Part shown: positions 44,063-52,570 of the stretch, piece by piece
Position numbering within the stretch: the stretch's first letter is position 1
Layout of the letters: each line of letters starts with the position of its first letter
Origin: an uncultured Holosporaceae bacterium
GTDB taxonomy: Bacteria; Pseudomonadota; Alphaproteobacteria; UBA3830
Assembly (NCBI GenBank): GCA_964510175.1
Contig: CAZEAT010000001.1
Location: 1-59,780 of the forward strand
Direction: 5' to 3'
DNA: 59,780 nucleotides
Notes under the pieces: generated by a model
Databases searched by the model: none
Seen by the model: only the letters and a program-made list of their open reading frames with translations
Told to the model about the DNA's origin: nothing
Position numbers and translations under genes: made by a program

Positions 44063-44115
44063 ATAGCCATGGAACACACCAAAGGAAAGTGAACACACGA
44101 AACGGGAGGTATATC

Positions 44116-45120
44116 ATGAAATATTTTAAGAATGTAAAGAGCTTTGAGGATTTAAAAAATCAGTTTAGAGAGTTGGCAAGAAAAAATCATCCGGACGCTG
44201 GCGGCGATCCTGAAATAATGAAAGCAATCAATCAAGAGTACGATCAGTTATTTCCGGTTTGGAAGAAACGCCATAACATGTCAACGGGAGAGTCCACAAC
44301 CGAAACAGCAGATACCTTTAGAAATGAGTTTTATACACAAAACGGCTGGAAAGGCAGCAACCATGACTGGAACCGCAGTTTGAAAGAAGTCGCACAGATT
44401 GTCAGAACATATGTTAAGGAGCAGTACCCCACATATAAATTCAGTGTTCGTACAGAATACGCTTCTATGTGCCAGGAACTCCATGTTGATTTAAAAGAAA
44501 GCCCTATCGAAATTTATAAGACTTTCGAGGAGCTTACAGATGATGATAAGCACCGCTTAATTAGCAAAATGGATCATAACTGGTTGTTCAAACTTACATC
44601 GTGGAATGACAGCGAATTGAAAGCAGAGTTTGAACGGATATGGAATGAGAACGGCAATTTTTATAAATGCCTGAATGAAGCCACACAGGCGGTTATCGAG
44701 GATGTAGATGCTTTCGTAAAGTCCTACAATTACGAAGATTGCGACGGTATGATTGATTACTTCCATGTTGATTTTTACTACTTCGGATGCGCACAGAATA
44801 ACGGGAGAAACATCAAAGTTGTTCCCAAAACTGCCAGAATCAAAAATAAACCAGAAGTAACAGCGCCGGCCACCACAAAGGAAGATAAAACCAGTAATGA
44901 AAAGGTAGAGGTTGCTGAAATCGAGCAGGAGTATGAAATCAAAGAAACTAAGCATACAAAAACCAATGAAGTGATCTTTGTGGTAAAGATTGTTCGCACA
45001 CTCACCAGAGAGGAATATAAAAAGGTTGCTGAAAAAATGAACCAGCTTGGAGGGTATTACTCAAAATTTGTTCATGGATTTGTGTTTAAAGAAAATCCGA
45101 CACCATTGTTGGTTTCATAG
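44116..45120 (+). CDS. J-domain (DnaJ-like) protein with a large uncharacterised C-terminal region
   Basis: J-domain with HPD motif (FEDLKNQFRELARKNHPDAGGDPEIMKAINQEYDQL). ATG 44116 after GGGAGG. Confidence 0.7.
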   Translation: MKYFKNVKSFEDLKNQFRELARKNHPDAGGDPEIMKAINQEYDQLFPVWKKRHNMSTGESTTETADTFRNEFYTQNGWKGSNHDWNRSLKEVAQIVRTYVKEQYPTYKFSVRTEYASMCQELHVDLKESPIEIYKTFEELTDDDKHRLISKMDHNWLFKLTSWNDSELKAEFERIWNENGNFYKCLNEATQAVIEDVDAFVKSYNYEDCDGMIDYFHVDFYYFGCAQNNGRNIKVVPKTARIKNKPEVTAPATTKEDKTSNEKVEVAEIEQEYEIKETKHTKTNEVIFVVKIVRTLTREEYKKVAEKMNQLGGYYSKFVHGFVFKENPTPLLVS

Positions 45121-45193
45121 GAGTAAGAGAGCTTGCTGGATTGATAACAACGCCGACCGGAGGCGGCTGACCTCCGGAGAGAGTGAGGAGAAT

Positions 45194-45550
45194 ATGCAGA
45201 CAATAAAGAGCGGAGAGCATGTATTTGAGTTAGTTGACAAGGTTCCCTATGGTTACATGATCTGGAATATCGGGAAAAATATGGTTGATGGCTACCTTCC
45301 TTTATGCAGACTGAAAGCGGTTCAACCTTTTCCGGGAGGCAGAGATATTGAGGTTGATACTCTGAAAGCAATTAAGGTTGAGGGAGCGCAGATTATCCTT
45401 GATGCAGTCGGAGGAGGACAGAACACGCCGGAGCAGATGGAAGCCTATATAAAGAGATACAGAAACGCAAAACCGGGTACATGGTCATACAGACAGGTTC
45501 AGAGGATGAAAGCGGCGCTTCCGATTATGCGGCAAATTGCGTGGAGCTGA
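45194..45550 (+). CDS. hypothetical protein
   Basis: ATG after GAGGAG; 118 aa. Confidence 0.45.
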   Translation: MQTIKSGEHVFELVDKVPYGYMIWNIGKNMVDGYLPLCRLKAVQPFPGGRDIEVDTLKAIKVEGAQIILDAVGGGQNTPEQMEAYIKRYRNAKPGTWSYRQVQRMKAALPIMRQIAWS

Positions 45551-45579
45551 ATTTTCAGTATAGAGGAGGAAAAGAGTTT

Positions 45580-45855
45580 ATGAGATTCAAACATACAGAG
45601 CAGACAGCAGCAATTTACAATTCCATGATAAAGGAGTACCGGGAAATACAGTCAGACAGTGATCTTGAACATGCTGGACTGTCATACGATGATTACCGCA
45701 GTTCGGATTTTGGTCTTTTCCTGGATATGCTCAGGTTTGATGGAAAGGGAGTTACATCATCCCGGAATGTAATGGAGTGGGCGAAACGTCACGGATGCGC
45801 CGTAACAGGAGAGGAAAATAACTGGAAAGTAAGTCTGGAGGAGGTAAAGGGATGA
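45580..45855 (+). CDS. hypothetical protein
   Basis: ATG after AGAGGAGGA; 91 aa. Confidence 0.45.
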   Translation: MRFKHTEQTAAIYNSMIKEYREIQSDSDLEHAGLSYDDYRSSDFGLFLDMLRFDGKGVTSSRNVMEWAKRHGCAVTGEENNWKVSLEEVKG

Positions 45856-46157
45856 AATTAGAAATTGAGGTAAAGCGGATTAGAAACAGTGTCACCCAGG
45901 GAGAGGCGGCGGTCTATGTAAACGGGGAAAAGGTAATTCAGTTCGGGGATGATATTCAGATGGTAAAGCCCGGACAGAAGTATTACGGTGAGAAAATCGG
46001 TAATTGGGCGAGTACGAAACCGGATGCGAATTTCATAAAAGGTCTGTTATATCATCCATTCGATGATATGTACCATTACAGCGACAAGGTAAAGGAAATT
46101 CTGGAGAAAAGCATAGAGGAGGACGGGCAGGTATGGGAAGAACCGGAGAAAATATAA
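45852..46157 (+). CDS. hypothetical protein
   Basis: ATGA overlap with the upstream gene. Confidence 0.45.
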   Translation: MKLEIEVKRIRNSVTQGEAAVYVNGEKVIQFGDDIQMVKPGQKYYGEKIGNWASTKPDANFIKGLLYHPFDDMYHYSDKVKEILEKSIEEDGQVWEEPEKI

Positions 46158-46183
46158 CTTGTAGCAAGGGAGTCCAGGAAGAA

Positions 46184-46396
46184 ATGCAAATCTTCCCGGA
46201 CTTTCGGGACTTTGTAACAAAATCTTACATGCGGTTCATTATGGGAGATTGGGGAGAGGTTGATCCGGAGGATGCAGAGCATAACCGGAAGAACCCAGGG
46301 GCGGCAATCGGAGCCTATACATACAATGGCGAAATCAAGATTTATATAAAAAGTGAGTTCCTGGGGACAACGGTATTTTTTCCGGACGAATATTAG
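46184..46396 (+). CDS. small GDWG-motif protein of a kind seen in plasmid/ICE leading regions (by recall)
   Basis: ..FIMGDWGEVDPEDAEHN..AIGAYTYNGEIKIYIKSE..TTVFFPDEY pattern. The family name is not recalled with certainty. Confidence 0.35.
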   Translation: MQIFPDFRDFVTKSYMRFIMGDWGEVDPEDAEHNRKNPGAAIGAYTYNGEIKIYIKSEFLGTTVFFPDEY

Positions 46397-46407
46397 GAGG
46401 GGATAAG

Positions 46408-46599
46408 GTGGTAAAACTGGCAGAGCATACATACGGCAGACATATCTATATGCGGATGATGCTGGACAATAAACGCATTGAGGAGATAGACGTTTACATC
46501 GGTCAAAACGGAGAAGAAACCTACAAAACGTCCGCTGATCCTGGGGGACACCTGGAAGTCAGGGAGCAGATAATAGATGCTTTTAAAAAATTATATTAG
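46408..46599 (+). CDS. hypothetical protein
   Basis: GTG start after AGGAGGGG. Confidence 0.4.
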   Translation: MVKLAEHTYGRHIYMRMMLDNKRIEEIDVYIGQNGEETYKTSADPGGHLEVREQIIDAFKKLY

Positions 46600-46621
46600 G
46601 CAAAGGGAGGCATAAATAAAA

Positions 46622-46954
46622 GTGAGGTATAAGATTCTTTACTGGAAGTGTAAAAAGAAGCTGAAAAAGCAGATGGAGGCAGTTTTCAGGCTAACAAAGG
46701 AAAGATGGGAAAACCGGAGTGAGATAAAACGCCTCCGGAAAATGGTTGCATCACTGGAGGATGGGTATGTGGTGGAGTGGTGCGACAACTGCAAAAACCA
46801 GATTGTTATGTTATGGAATCCTGGAAAAGACGGTCTTTTAGCATATTGTCCGGTGTGCGGAAGTGAAATGATGTTATGCGATTCGTGCCACTGGAAATGC
46901 GACTATGATTTCGGGAATGATGATTGCATCGGAAAGAGGTTCAGCGGAAAATGA
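46622..46954 (+). CDS. Cys-rich Zn-ribbon protein
   Basis: CDNCKN..CPVCGSEMMLCDSCHWKC. Start uncertain (GTG 46622 or ATG 46673). Confidence 0.45.
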   Translation: MRYKILYWKCKKKLKKQMEAVFRLTKERWENRSEIKRLRKMVASLEDGYVVEWCDNCKNQIVMLWNPGKDGLLAYCPVCGSEMMLCDSCHWKCDYDFGNDDCIGKRFSGK

Positions 46955-48303
46955 AAGGACAATTAAGTTTATTCAACGAGGAGTACATAAAGGATTCAGA
47001 CTGCACAAAAGAAACGCCGGTGATATATGGGAAGCCAGACGATCCGATCTATGGCACAGGTACCAGGATAACACCCAGATTAAAAGGCCGGGAAGATTCG
47101 GAACATATGAAAAATATTTTGCTTCCTGAATTGTTGCCGCTGGAGGAGTACGATCTGATTGCAATTTTGCTATCAGGAGGAAAAGACAGTATCGCATGTT
47201 ATTATAAGCTCCTGGAGCTTGGGGTGCCAAAGGAAAAAATGGAGTTCTGGCATCACGATATAGACGGAGGACATCCGAGCCGCCGTATGGACTGGCGATG
47301 TACACATAATTATGTTAAGTCTTTTTCGGAAGTGGAGGGAGTGCCACTTCGGTTATCCTGGAGGATAAACGGATTTTTCGGTGAGTTATATCGTGTTGGA
47401 GCATCGGAGCCGGTAGAATGGATGGAACCAGATACCGGAGAAATTATGCAATGCAAGCTATCTTCCAATTACCTGAAATGCAAGGAATTAAAAGAACAAA
47501 GTGCGGATGAAATGGAGGAGCTGTTAAAACAATACGGCTACCGCATGAAATTTCCTGCAAAGACGGGAGATTTGAGCCGTAGGTGGTGCAGTGCTTATCT
47601 GAAAATTATGGTTGCTGATTCCGTTATGAGTAATTTAAGCAGTCTGGGGAAACTGGAGGAAATCGGAGGGAAAAGGGGTAAGTTCCCGGCAAAGGGAAGC
47701 ACCCACCAGGGGCGTTGGTGCAGCGGAAACTTGAAAGCGGCGGTCCAGGACAGTGTAACATCGAATCTGGAAAAGACCAGGCAAAACGTAAAAGTCCTTG
47801 TTGTTTCCGGAGAACGTCGTGGAGAATCTGCCGGGAGATCAAAATATAATGAAATGGAGATTCACCGGACAAACGCAGAAAAGAAAGCGCACAGGATAGT
47901 GCATCAGTGGAGGCCGGTAATTGATTATTCAGAAAAGGATGTTTGGGAGGTTCTGAAAAGGCATAATGTGAATCCTCACCCTTGTTATCGGGCCGGATGG
48001 AACCGCTGTTCATGCGCTATGTGTATCTTCTCTACCCCGAAACTGTTTGCCGGAATAAAAGAGCTATATCCAGAAGATTTCGACTTATTAAAACAAGATG
48101 AATCAATTTTAGGCTTTACCCTGGATAACAAGTGCGACCTGGAAACATTCATAAAAGGGGCTGAATCGTGTGTATATCATGGCGATCTCCAGGCAATAAG
48201 GAGCCTTGTCACAGGGGAGTTTGCTGTTGATGATGTATATGTAAAGGGACGCTGGATGTACCAGGCAGGAGCTTTTCACGGGGCAGAGGGAGGCCCATGT
48301 TAG
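46951..48303 (+). CDS. PP-loop ATP pyrophosphatase of the PAPS-reductase/DndC-like family
   Basis: SGGKDS PP-loop (AILLSGGKDSIACYY). C-terminal WRPVIDYSEKDVW..CYRAGWNRCSCAMC. Internal 30-aa duplication. ATGA coupling to the upstream gene. Confidence 0.7.
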   Translation: MKGQLSLFNEEYIKDSDCTKETPVIYGKPDDPIYGTGTRITPRLKGREDSEHMKNILLPELLPLEEYDLIAILLSGGKDSIACYYKLLELGVPKEKMEFWHHDIDGGHPSRRMDWRCTHNYVKSFSEVEGVPLRLSWRINGFFGELYRVGASEPVEWMEPDTGEIMQCKLSSNYLKCKELKEQSADEMEELLKQYGYRMKFPAKTGDLSRRWCSAYLKIMVADSVMSNLSSLGKLEEIGGKRGKFPAKGSTHQGRWCSGNLKAAVQDSVTSNLEKTRQNVKVLVVSGERRGESAGRSKYNEMEIHRTNAEKKAHRIVHQWRPVIDYSEKDVWEVLKRHNVNPHPCYRAGWNRCSCAMCIFSTPKLFAGIKELYPEDFDLLKQDESILGFTLDNKCDLETFIKGAESCVYHGDLQAIRSLVTGEFAVDDVYVKGRWMYQAGAFHGAEGGPC

Positions 48304-48311
48304 GAGGAGAA

Positions 48312-49247
48312 ATGAAAATCGGGTTGCATGATGCAGAAAAAGAGGTATTTAAACACGGAAAGTCTTTTCCTAATTACGCATTGATGAAAATTGCCGCATA
48401 CCATAAATCGCAAGGGGATCATGTGGAGTGGTGGAATCCGTTGAAAAGGTATGACAAGGTTTACAGCAGCAAGGTATTCGATTTTACTCCGAATGATCCA
48501 TATTTGCCGGATAATGCGATCAGAGGAGGAACCGGCTATCTGGATTTGCCTGTCAATAATACGCTACCTGCAGAAATAGATAATATGTTTCCAGATTATA
48601 GCCTTTACCCAGAGTGCGATTACGCAATAGGCTATATCACGAGAGGGTGTCCTAATAAATGCCGGTGGTGCGTGGTTCCCAGGAAAGAGGGGAAAATCAG
48701 ACTGTACCGAACATGGAAAGACCTTGTAAGGCAAGATTCGGATAAGCTCGTGCTGATGGATAATAATATTTTGGCTTGTGAATATGGAATAGAGCAGTTA
48801 GAGGAGCTTTCGGGAAGCGGTTATCAGATTGACTTGAATCAGGGGATGGATGCTAGGCTGGTAAACGACCGGATAGCTGAAATTCTTTCACGGCTTAAAT
48901 GGATAAGATTTATACGCTTTAGTTGCGATCAAAAGAGCCAGATAGAGCCGATAAAAAATACGGTGGATTTACTCGGAAAATATGGAGTGAGGCCATACAG
49001 AATTTTTATATATATTCTCGTAACAAAGAATGTCCAGGACGCAGCGGATCGGGTGGAGGCTTTGAAAGGGTACAAAGCTATCAATCTTTATGCACAGGCT
49101 GAACGGAATGAAAGAATAGGAATTATTCCAAATTCTGAACAGTTGGAGTTCCAACAACGCTATGTTTACGGAGGTTGCTACCGAAAGGAAACCTGGGAGG
49201 AATACTGCCAGCGTAGAAAATTGGTTTTTCGGCAGGAGGGCTTATGA
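48312..49247 (+). CDS. radical SAM enzyme
   Basis: CX3CX2C cluster (GCPNKCRWCVV); SD AGGAGGAG. Confidence 0.7.
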   Translation: MKIGLHDAEKEVFKHGKSFPNYALMKIAAYHKSQGDHVEWWNPLKRYDKVYSSKVFDFTPNDPYLPDNAIRGGTGYLDLPVNNTLPAEIDNMFPDYSLYPECDYAIGYITRGCPNKCRWCVVPRKEGKIRLYRTWKDLVRQDSDKLVLMDNNILACEYGIEQLEELSGSGYQIDLNQGMDARLVNDRIAEILSRLKWIRFIRFSCDQKSQIEPIKNTVDLLGKYGVRPYRIFIYILVTKNVQDAADRVEALKGYKAINLYAQAERNERIGIIPNSEQLEFQQRYVYGGCYRKETWEEYCQRRKLVFRQEGL

Positions 49248-49633
49248 TACTTGACTGTTTAATTGTGAAAGAGAAGTGGCTGAACATGATACTTGACGGG
49301 TACAAGTCTCTGGAGATCAGGGGAGGCCGGACGCATAAAAGGGGACTTATCGGGCTGATCCAGAGCGGAACCGGGGAAGTAAAGGGGATTGCATCCCTGA
49401 CAGACTGCCAGGAGCTGAATAAAAAAGATTTTGAACGTCTCCAGGGATTCCACCAGATAAAAGACCGGGAGTGGGAGGAGCTTCCCTACAAAAAGGTTTA
49501 CGGGTGGAAATTGGAGGAGCGCAGGAGGTTGAAAACGCCGGTTAGATATAATCATCCCAGAGGGGCGGTAATTTGGGTAAAGGTTGATATTCCGGAGGAG
49601 GTATTGTATGGCAAAGAAAAATATGATAAATAA
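49244..49633 (+). CDS. ASCH-domain (PUA-like) protein
   Basis: IKEKWLNMILDGYKSLEIRGGRTHKRG..GWKLEE.. is typical of the ASCH beta-barrel. ATGA overlap with the upstream gene. Confidence 0.6.
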   Translation: MILDCLIVKEKWLNMILDGYKSLEIRGGRTHKRGLIGLIQSGTGEVKGIASLTDCQELNKKDFERLQGFHQIKDREWEELPYKKVYGWKLEERRRLKTPVRYNHPRGAVIWVKVDIPEEVLYGKEKYDK

Positions 49634-50390
49634 GAGCTGTGAAAATTGCGGATGCCTGAACAGAAATATATCAAAGAAAGGCCGGATAGAAAACAGGGAA
49701 TTATTGTATTATGGGTGCAGTAAGGCTTACGGGGGATTCTCAACAGCTTTTTCCCTGGATAATAAATGTGAGGGATGTTGCGGAGGCTGGGAGGCTACTA
49801 TGGAGGAAAAGGCGAAAAATGCTGGGATGTCAAAAGAGCTGGGAGCGGAAATACGAAAAAGCCTTGATCGGTGGGAGTATCTTCAAGTGCATGGAGGCTC
49901 TGATCCAAATTGGGAAGATGGCAGCAATATGAATCTGGTAAGAAATCATGTCTTTTACTGGAAAAGCCAGTGCAAGGCATTGTTGCTTCCAGAAGATTAT
50001 CCGGAGGAGTATTTTCTGGAAACTCCACCGGAGGTAGATAATAAATATATGGCTAGAGTTGAGGAAATCCGGGAAAGGTCAAAGAAAAGCCTGGAGGTAT
50101 ACAAAGCTGATTCTGATTACCAGTTTATTTTGCAGGCTGTAAACAGGCTTACAAAGCAGCAAAACGAACAGACACACGCAAGCTCTTTCCTCCGGTATGT
50201 TTCCGGTCTGGAGGATTCCATCCGGAATGATAGGTTGGTGGAAATGCGGAAACACGAAAACCCGGATCGTTATCTTGACAGCTTCCGGGAATGTCGAAAA
50301 CGAATAGAGGAAATTCTGGGTAAACCTGAACCGGAGCCGGTTCTTCCGATGGGTCAGTTGTCTTTATTTGATTTATACGGATTGACATGA
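49608..50390 (+). CDS. hypothetical protein with an N-terminal Cys cluster
   Basis: CENCGC..C..CEGCCGGW; ATG after GGAGGAGG. Confidence 0.45.
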   Translation: MAKKNMINKSCENCGCLNRNISKKGRIENRELLYYGCSKAYGGFSTAFSLDNKCEGCCGGWEATMEEKAKNAGMSKELGAEIRKSLDRWEYLQVHGGSDPNWEDGSNMNLVRNHVFYWKSQCKALLLPEDYPEEYFLETPPEVDNKYMARVEEIRERSKKSLEVYKADSDYQFILQAVNRLTKQQNEQTHASSFLRYVSGLEDSIRNDRLVEMRKHENPDRYLDSFRECRKRIEEILGKPEPEPVLPMGQLSLFDLYGLT

Positions 50391-50432
50391 TCCAGAAAAT
50401 AAGTTAGCATACGGGAAAAGGGAGGCGATTCT

Positions 50433-50759
50433 TTGAGAGCAGTAGATTTTATCGTGAAACACATAGAAGATCATGGAATGACACAGGCACAGGCGGCGGC
50501 AGTGGTCGGATGGAGCCGTCAAAATTTATGGGATAAGCTGAATAATCGGAACCCACGGTTTAATACCATGCTTCACATACTAACAGCTTTTGGATATGAG
50601 TTACATGTGGTGCGTAAGGATGGGCTATCACCGGATTGTTTTGACGAGAGAGATTTTTTTGAGGTGGCAAAAGAAAAAAATATATATTATGACGATCTGG
50701 AGGATTTAATTGCCGCCATGGGGCATAAGTTAATAATTGAGAAAAAGCCGGAAGAATAA
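50433..50759 (+). CDS. HTH (XRE-like) protein, last gene of accessory operon 1
   Basis: HTH (HGMTQAQAAAVVGWSRQNLWDKLNN); TTG start after GGGAGG. Confidence 0.55.
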   Translation: MRAVDFIVKHIEDHGMTQAQAAAVVGWSRQNLWDKLNNRNPRFNTMLHILTAFGYELHVVRKDGLSPDCFDERDFFEVAKEKNIYYDDLEDLIAAMGHKLIIEKKPEE

Positions 50760-50808
50760 GTTTTCCGGCTTATATTTTTTTGACGTCCTGGGAGGGCGTC
50801 TTTTTTTA
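50746..50808 (+). terminator. tandem rho-independent terminators
   Basis: AGCCGGAA pairs with TTCCGGCT (50746-50770), followed by a T-run. A second hairpin, GACGTCC..GGGCGTC (50782-50800), is followed by T7. Confidence 0.75.
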
Positions 50809-50841
50809 TTTTAAAATTTTTCAAAAAAAGCAAAAATAGGC

Positions 50842-50871
50842 TTGACGTAACGCACCGTAGTGCGCTAAAGT
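50842..50871 (+). promoter_or_regulatory. promoter P5 of accessory operon 2
   Basis: TTGACG (50842-50847), 18 nt, TAAAGT (50866-50871). Duplicate of the P4 cassette. Confidence 0.55.
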
Positions 50872-50925
50872 ATAGCCATGGAACACACCAAAGGAAAGCG
50901 AACACACGAAACGGGAGGTTATATT

Positions 50926-51132
50926 ATGATCGGGACATATGAAATTACAGGAGAATGGTTCGGAAGATTAGAGGAACTTGTAGAGGATATAGAGGAAAAG
51001 GGTTATGAGGTCTTAGAAGCAAACAGAGAATATGTTTCCTTTTCCGATCCAGAGGATGAAGATACAGAATACGTTGCTTATCTAGGTGGAACTGAAAAAA
51101 CAATCTACATTGACAGAATAGAGGAGGTATAA
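50926..51132 (+). CDS. hypothetical acidic protein
   Basis: ATG 50926 after GGGAGG, at the position equivalent to 44116 in the duplicated cassette. Confidence 0.45.
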   Translation: MIGTYEITGEWFGRLEELVEDIEEKGYEVLEANREYVSFSDPEDEDTEYVAYLGGTEKTIYIDRIEEV

Positions 51133-51136
51133 GGTT

Positions 51137-51736
51137 ATGATGATGTCAGAGTTTATCGAAAGAACAGGTTTTGAACCTACAGCAGAGGAGTACGAACAGA
51201 TCGAGGAGGCTTACTATGAGTTTTCCGGAGATAAAAATGCCTTTTGTAAAGACTTCCTGAAAAATAAGGGAGTGGAGAGGCTGATTCGTGGCAGAGCCTC
51301 CAAAATCGAGGAGCTGAAAAAAGAGCTGGAGGATATGGAGAAAAAGTTGGATGCAGAGAAGAAAGTCTCTGAAAAAGAAATAAATTCTTTAAAAGAGCAG
51401 CTTGACAAAGAACTTGAATGGAAGCCTTGCGAGGGCGGAACCACGATGGAGCAGAAAAGATATGAGGAGCTTGCTACCGCTTGGGGAACACGGGTTCTGA
51501 CAGAGCAGGAAGCAAAAGACCTGATTTATAGAGAGTTCGGATTTGCTCCGGAAAAGATACGGATCATCAATACTGTACACACCTACGAGGCAAACAAATA
51601 TCACCGGATGCGGAAAGCAAACGAGTACACCAGGAAACCGGTCTACAATGCTTCCGACTGGAACTATGTAAGGTTTGATTGCGCTGGATGGCAGTATGAA
51701 ATGGTAAATTGCAGCTTAGAGAGATATGAAAATTAA
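51137..51736 (+). CDS. hypothetical protein
   Basis: 199 aa with a central coiled coil. Confidence 0.45.
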   Translation: MMMSEFIERTGFEPTAEEYEQIEEAYYEFSGDKNAFCKDFLKNKGVERLIRGRASKIEELKKELEDMEKKLDAEKKVSEKEINSLKEQLDKELEWKPCEGGTTMEQKRYEELATAWGTRVLTEQEAKDLIYREFGFAPEKIRIINTVHTYEANKYHRMRKANEYTRKPVYNASDWNYVRFDCAGWQYEMVNCSLERYEN

Positions 51737-51754
51737 ATAAAGGAGGATGCAAGA

Positions 51755-52015
51755 ATGGCAGACAAAAAGGTTTCTATGACAGAGGATGATTTCAGGGGAT
51801 TGTGCAAGGCGGTATATCCGCTTTTGCACAAGGTTACGGAGGAGTTGAAAAAACACGATGTTCCGGATATGGCATCGGTTTCGCTTTCCAAAGATGGTTA
51901 TATCAATTTATCGGTATATGAAACGGGATGGAGCCTGATTCGGACAAGCGGAGAAAAAGAGGCAAGAATGAGGCACGACTACCAGGAGCCTATTTCTTTA
52001 GAGGAGGGTAAGTAA
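51755..52015 (+). CDS. hypothetical protein
   Basis: SD AAGGAGGA. Confidence 0.45.
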   Translation: MADKKVSMTEDDFRGLCKAVYPLLHKVTEELKKHDVPDMASVSLSKDGYINLSVYETGWSLIRTSGEKEARMRHDYQEPISLEEGK

Positions 52016-52016
52016 G

Positions 52017-52187
52017 ATGGCATACAGAGGAAACAAAAGGCTTAATGCTGAAATTGAACGCCAGATCAGCGCATGGAGCGGAACCGTCCACGGCCAGGCA
52101 ATCAAGAATATGTATGAAAACGGTTCTGAATATGAGGGGATCTGTGAGCTTATGGGTATTGACTATGAAGATTATGAGGAGGAATGA
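52017..52187 (+). CDS. hypothetical small protein (56 aa)
   Basis: ATG 52017 after GAGGAGGG; under 60 aa, so absent from the ORF track. Confidence 0.35.
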   Translation: MAYRGNKRLNAEIERQISAWSGTVHGQAIKNMYENGSEYEGICELMGIDYEDYEEE

Positions 52188-52189
52188 GT

Positions 52190-52570
52190 ATGGTTAAAAC
52201 AGTGAAAATCACATCAAAAAATACAATATTAGTTGTAGAGCTTCCGAACTGGAGCCTGGAGGATCAAGAACGGGAAATAGGAGCAGATTGCACCGAAACT
52301 GTAAAGACGCAGCGGATGTATGACCTTTTCAAAGATACAATCGTGATGATCGTGGACGAATCCGGCCTGATAAAGAACAGGCTTTCTAATCCAGTGGCAT
52401 CGTTCCTTTATGGTTCAGACTTACACGGCTCTATAATTGCCGGGGATGTTTTATTCGGGGTACAAAGAGGCCCGGACATTCTGCCTCCGGAAAATCCGGA
52501 GTTGCTGAAATTCTTTTTGCTGGATCATTTCCACGAACTCCGGGAGGTTCGGGGGGGTGAAAGCCTGTGA
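52190..52570 (+). CDS. DUF3846-like protein
   Basis: ..IVMIVDESGLIKNRLSNPVAS..GSIIAGDVLF.. pattern (by recall). Start is 52190 or 52184. Confidence 0.45.
   Translation: MVKTVKITSKNTILVVELPNWSLEDQEREIGADCTETVKTQRMYDLFKDTIVMIVDESGLIKNRLSNPVASFLYGSDLHGSIIAGDVLFGVQRGPDILPPENPELLKFFLLDHFHELREVRGGESL

Noticed and set aside
52551-52557. G7 tract at the 3' end of the DUF3846-like gene as a phase-variation switch
   Set aside because: A +/-1 change would alter only the last few codons and would not fuse to or disrupt the next gene. The tract is also short.
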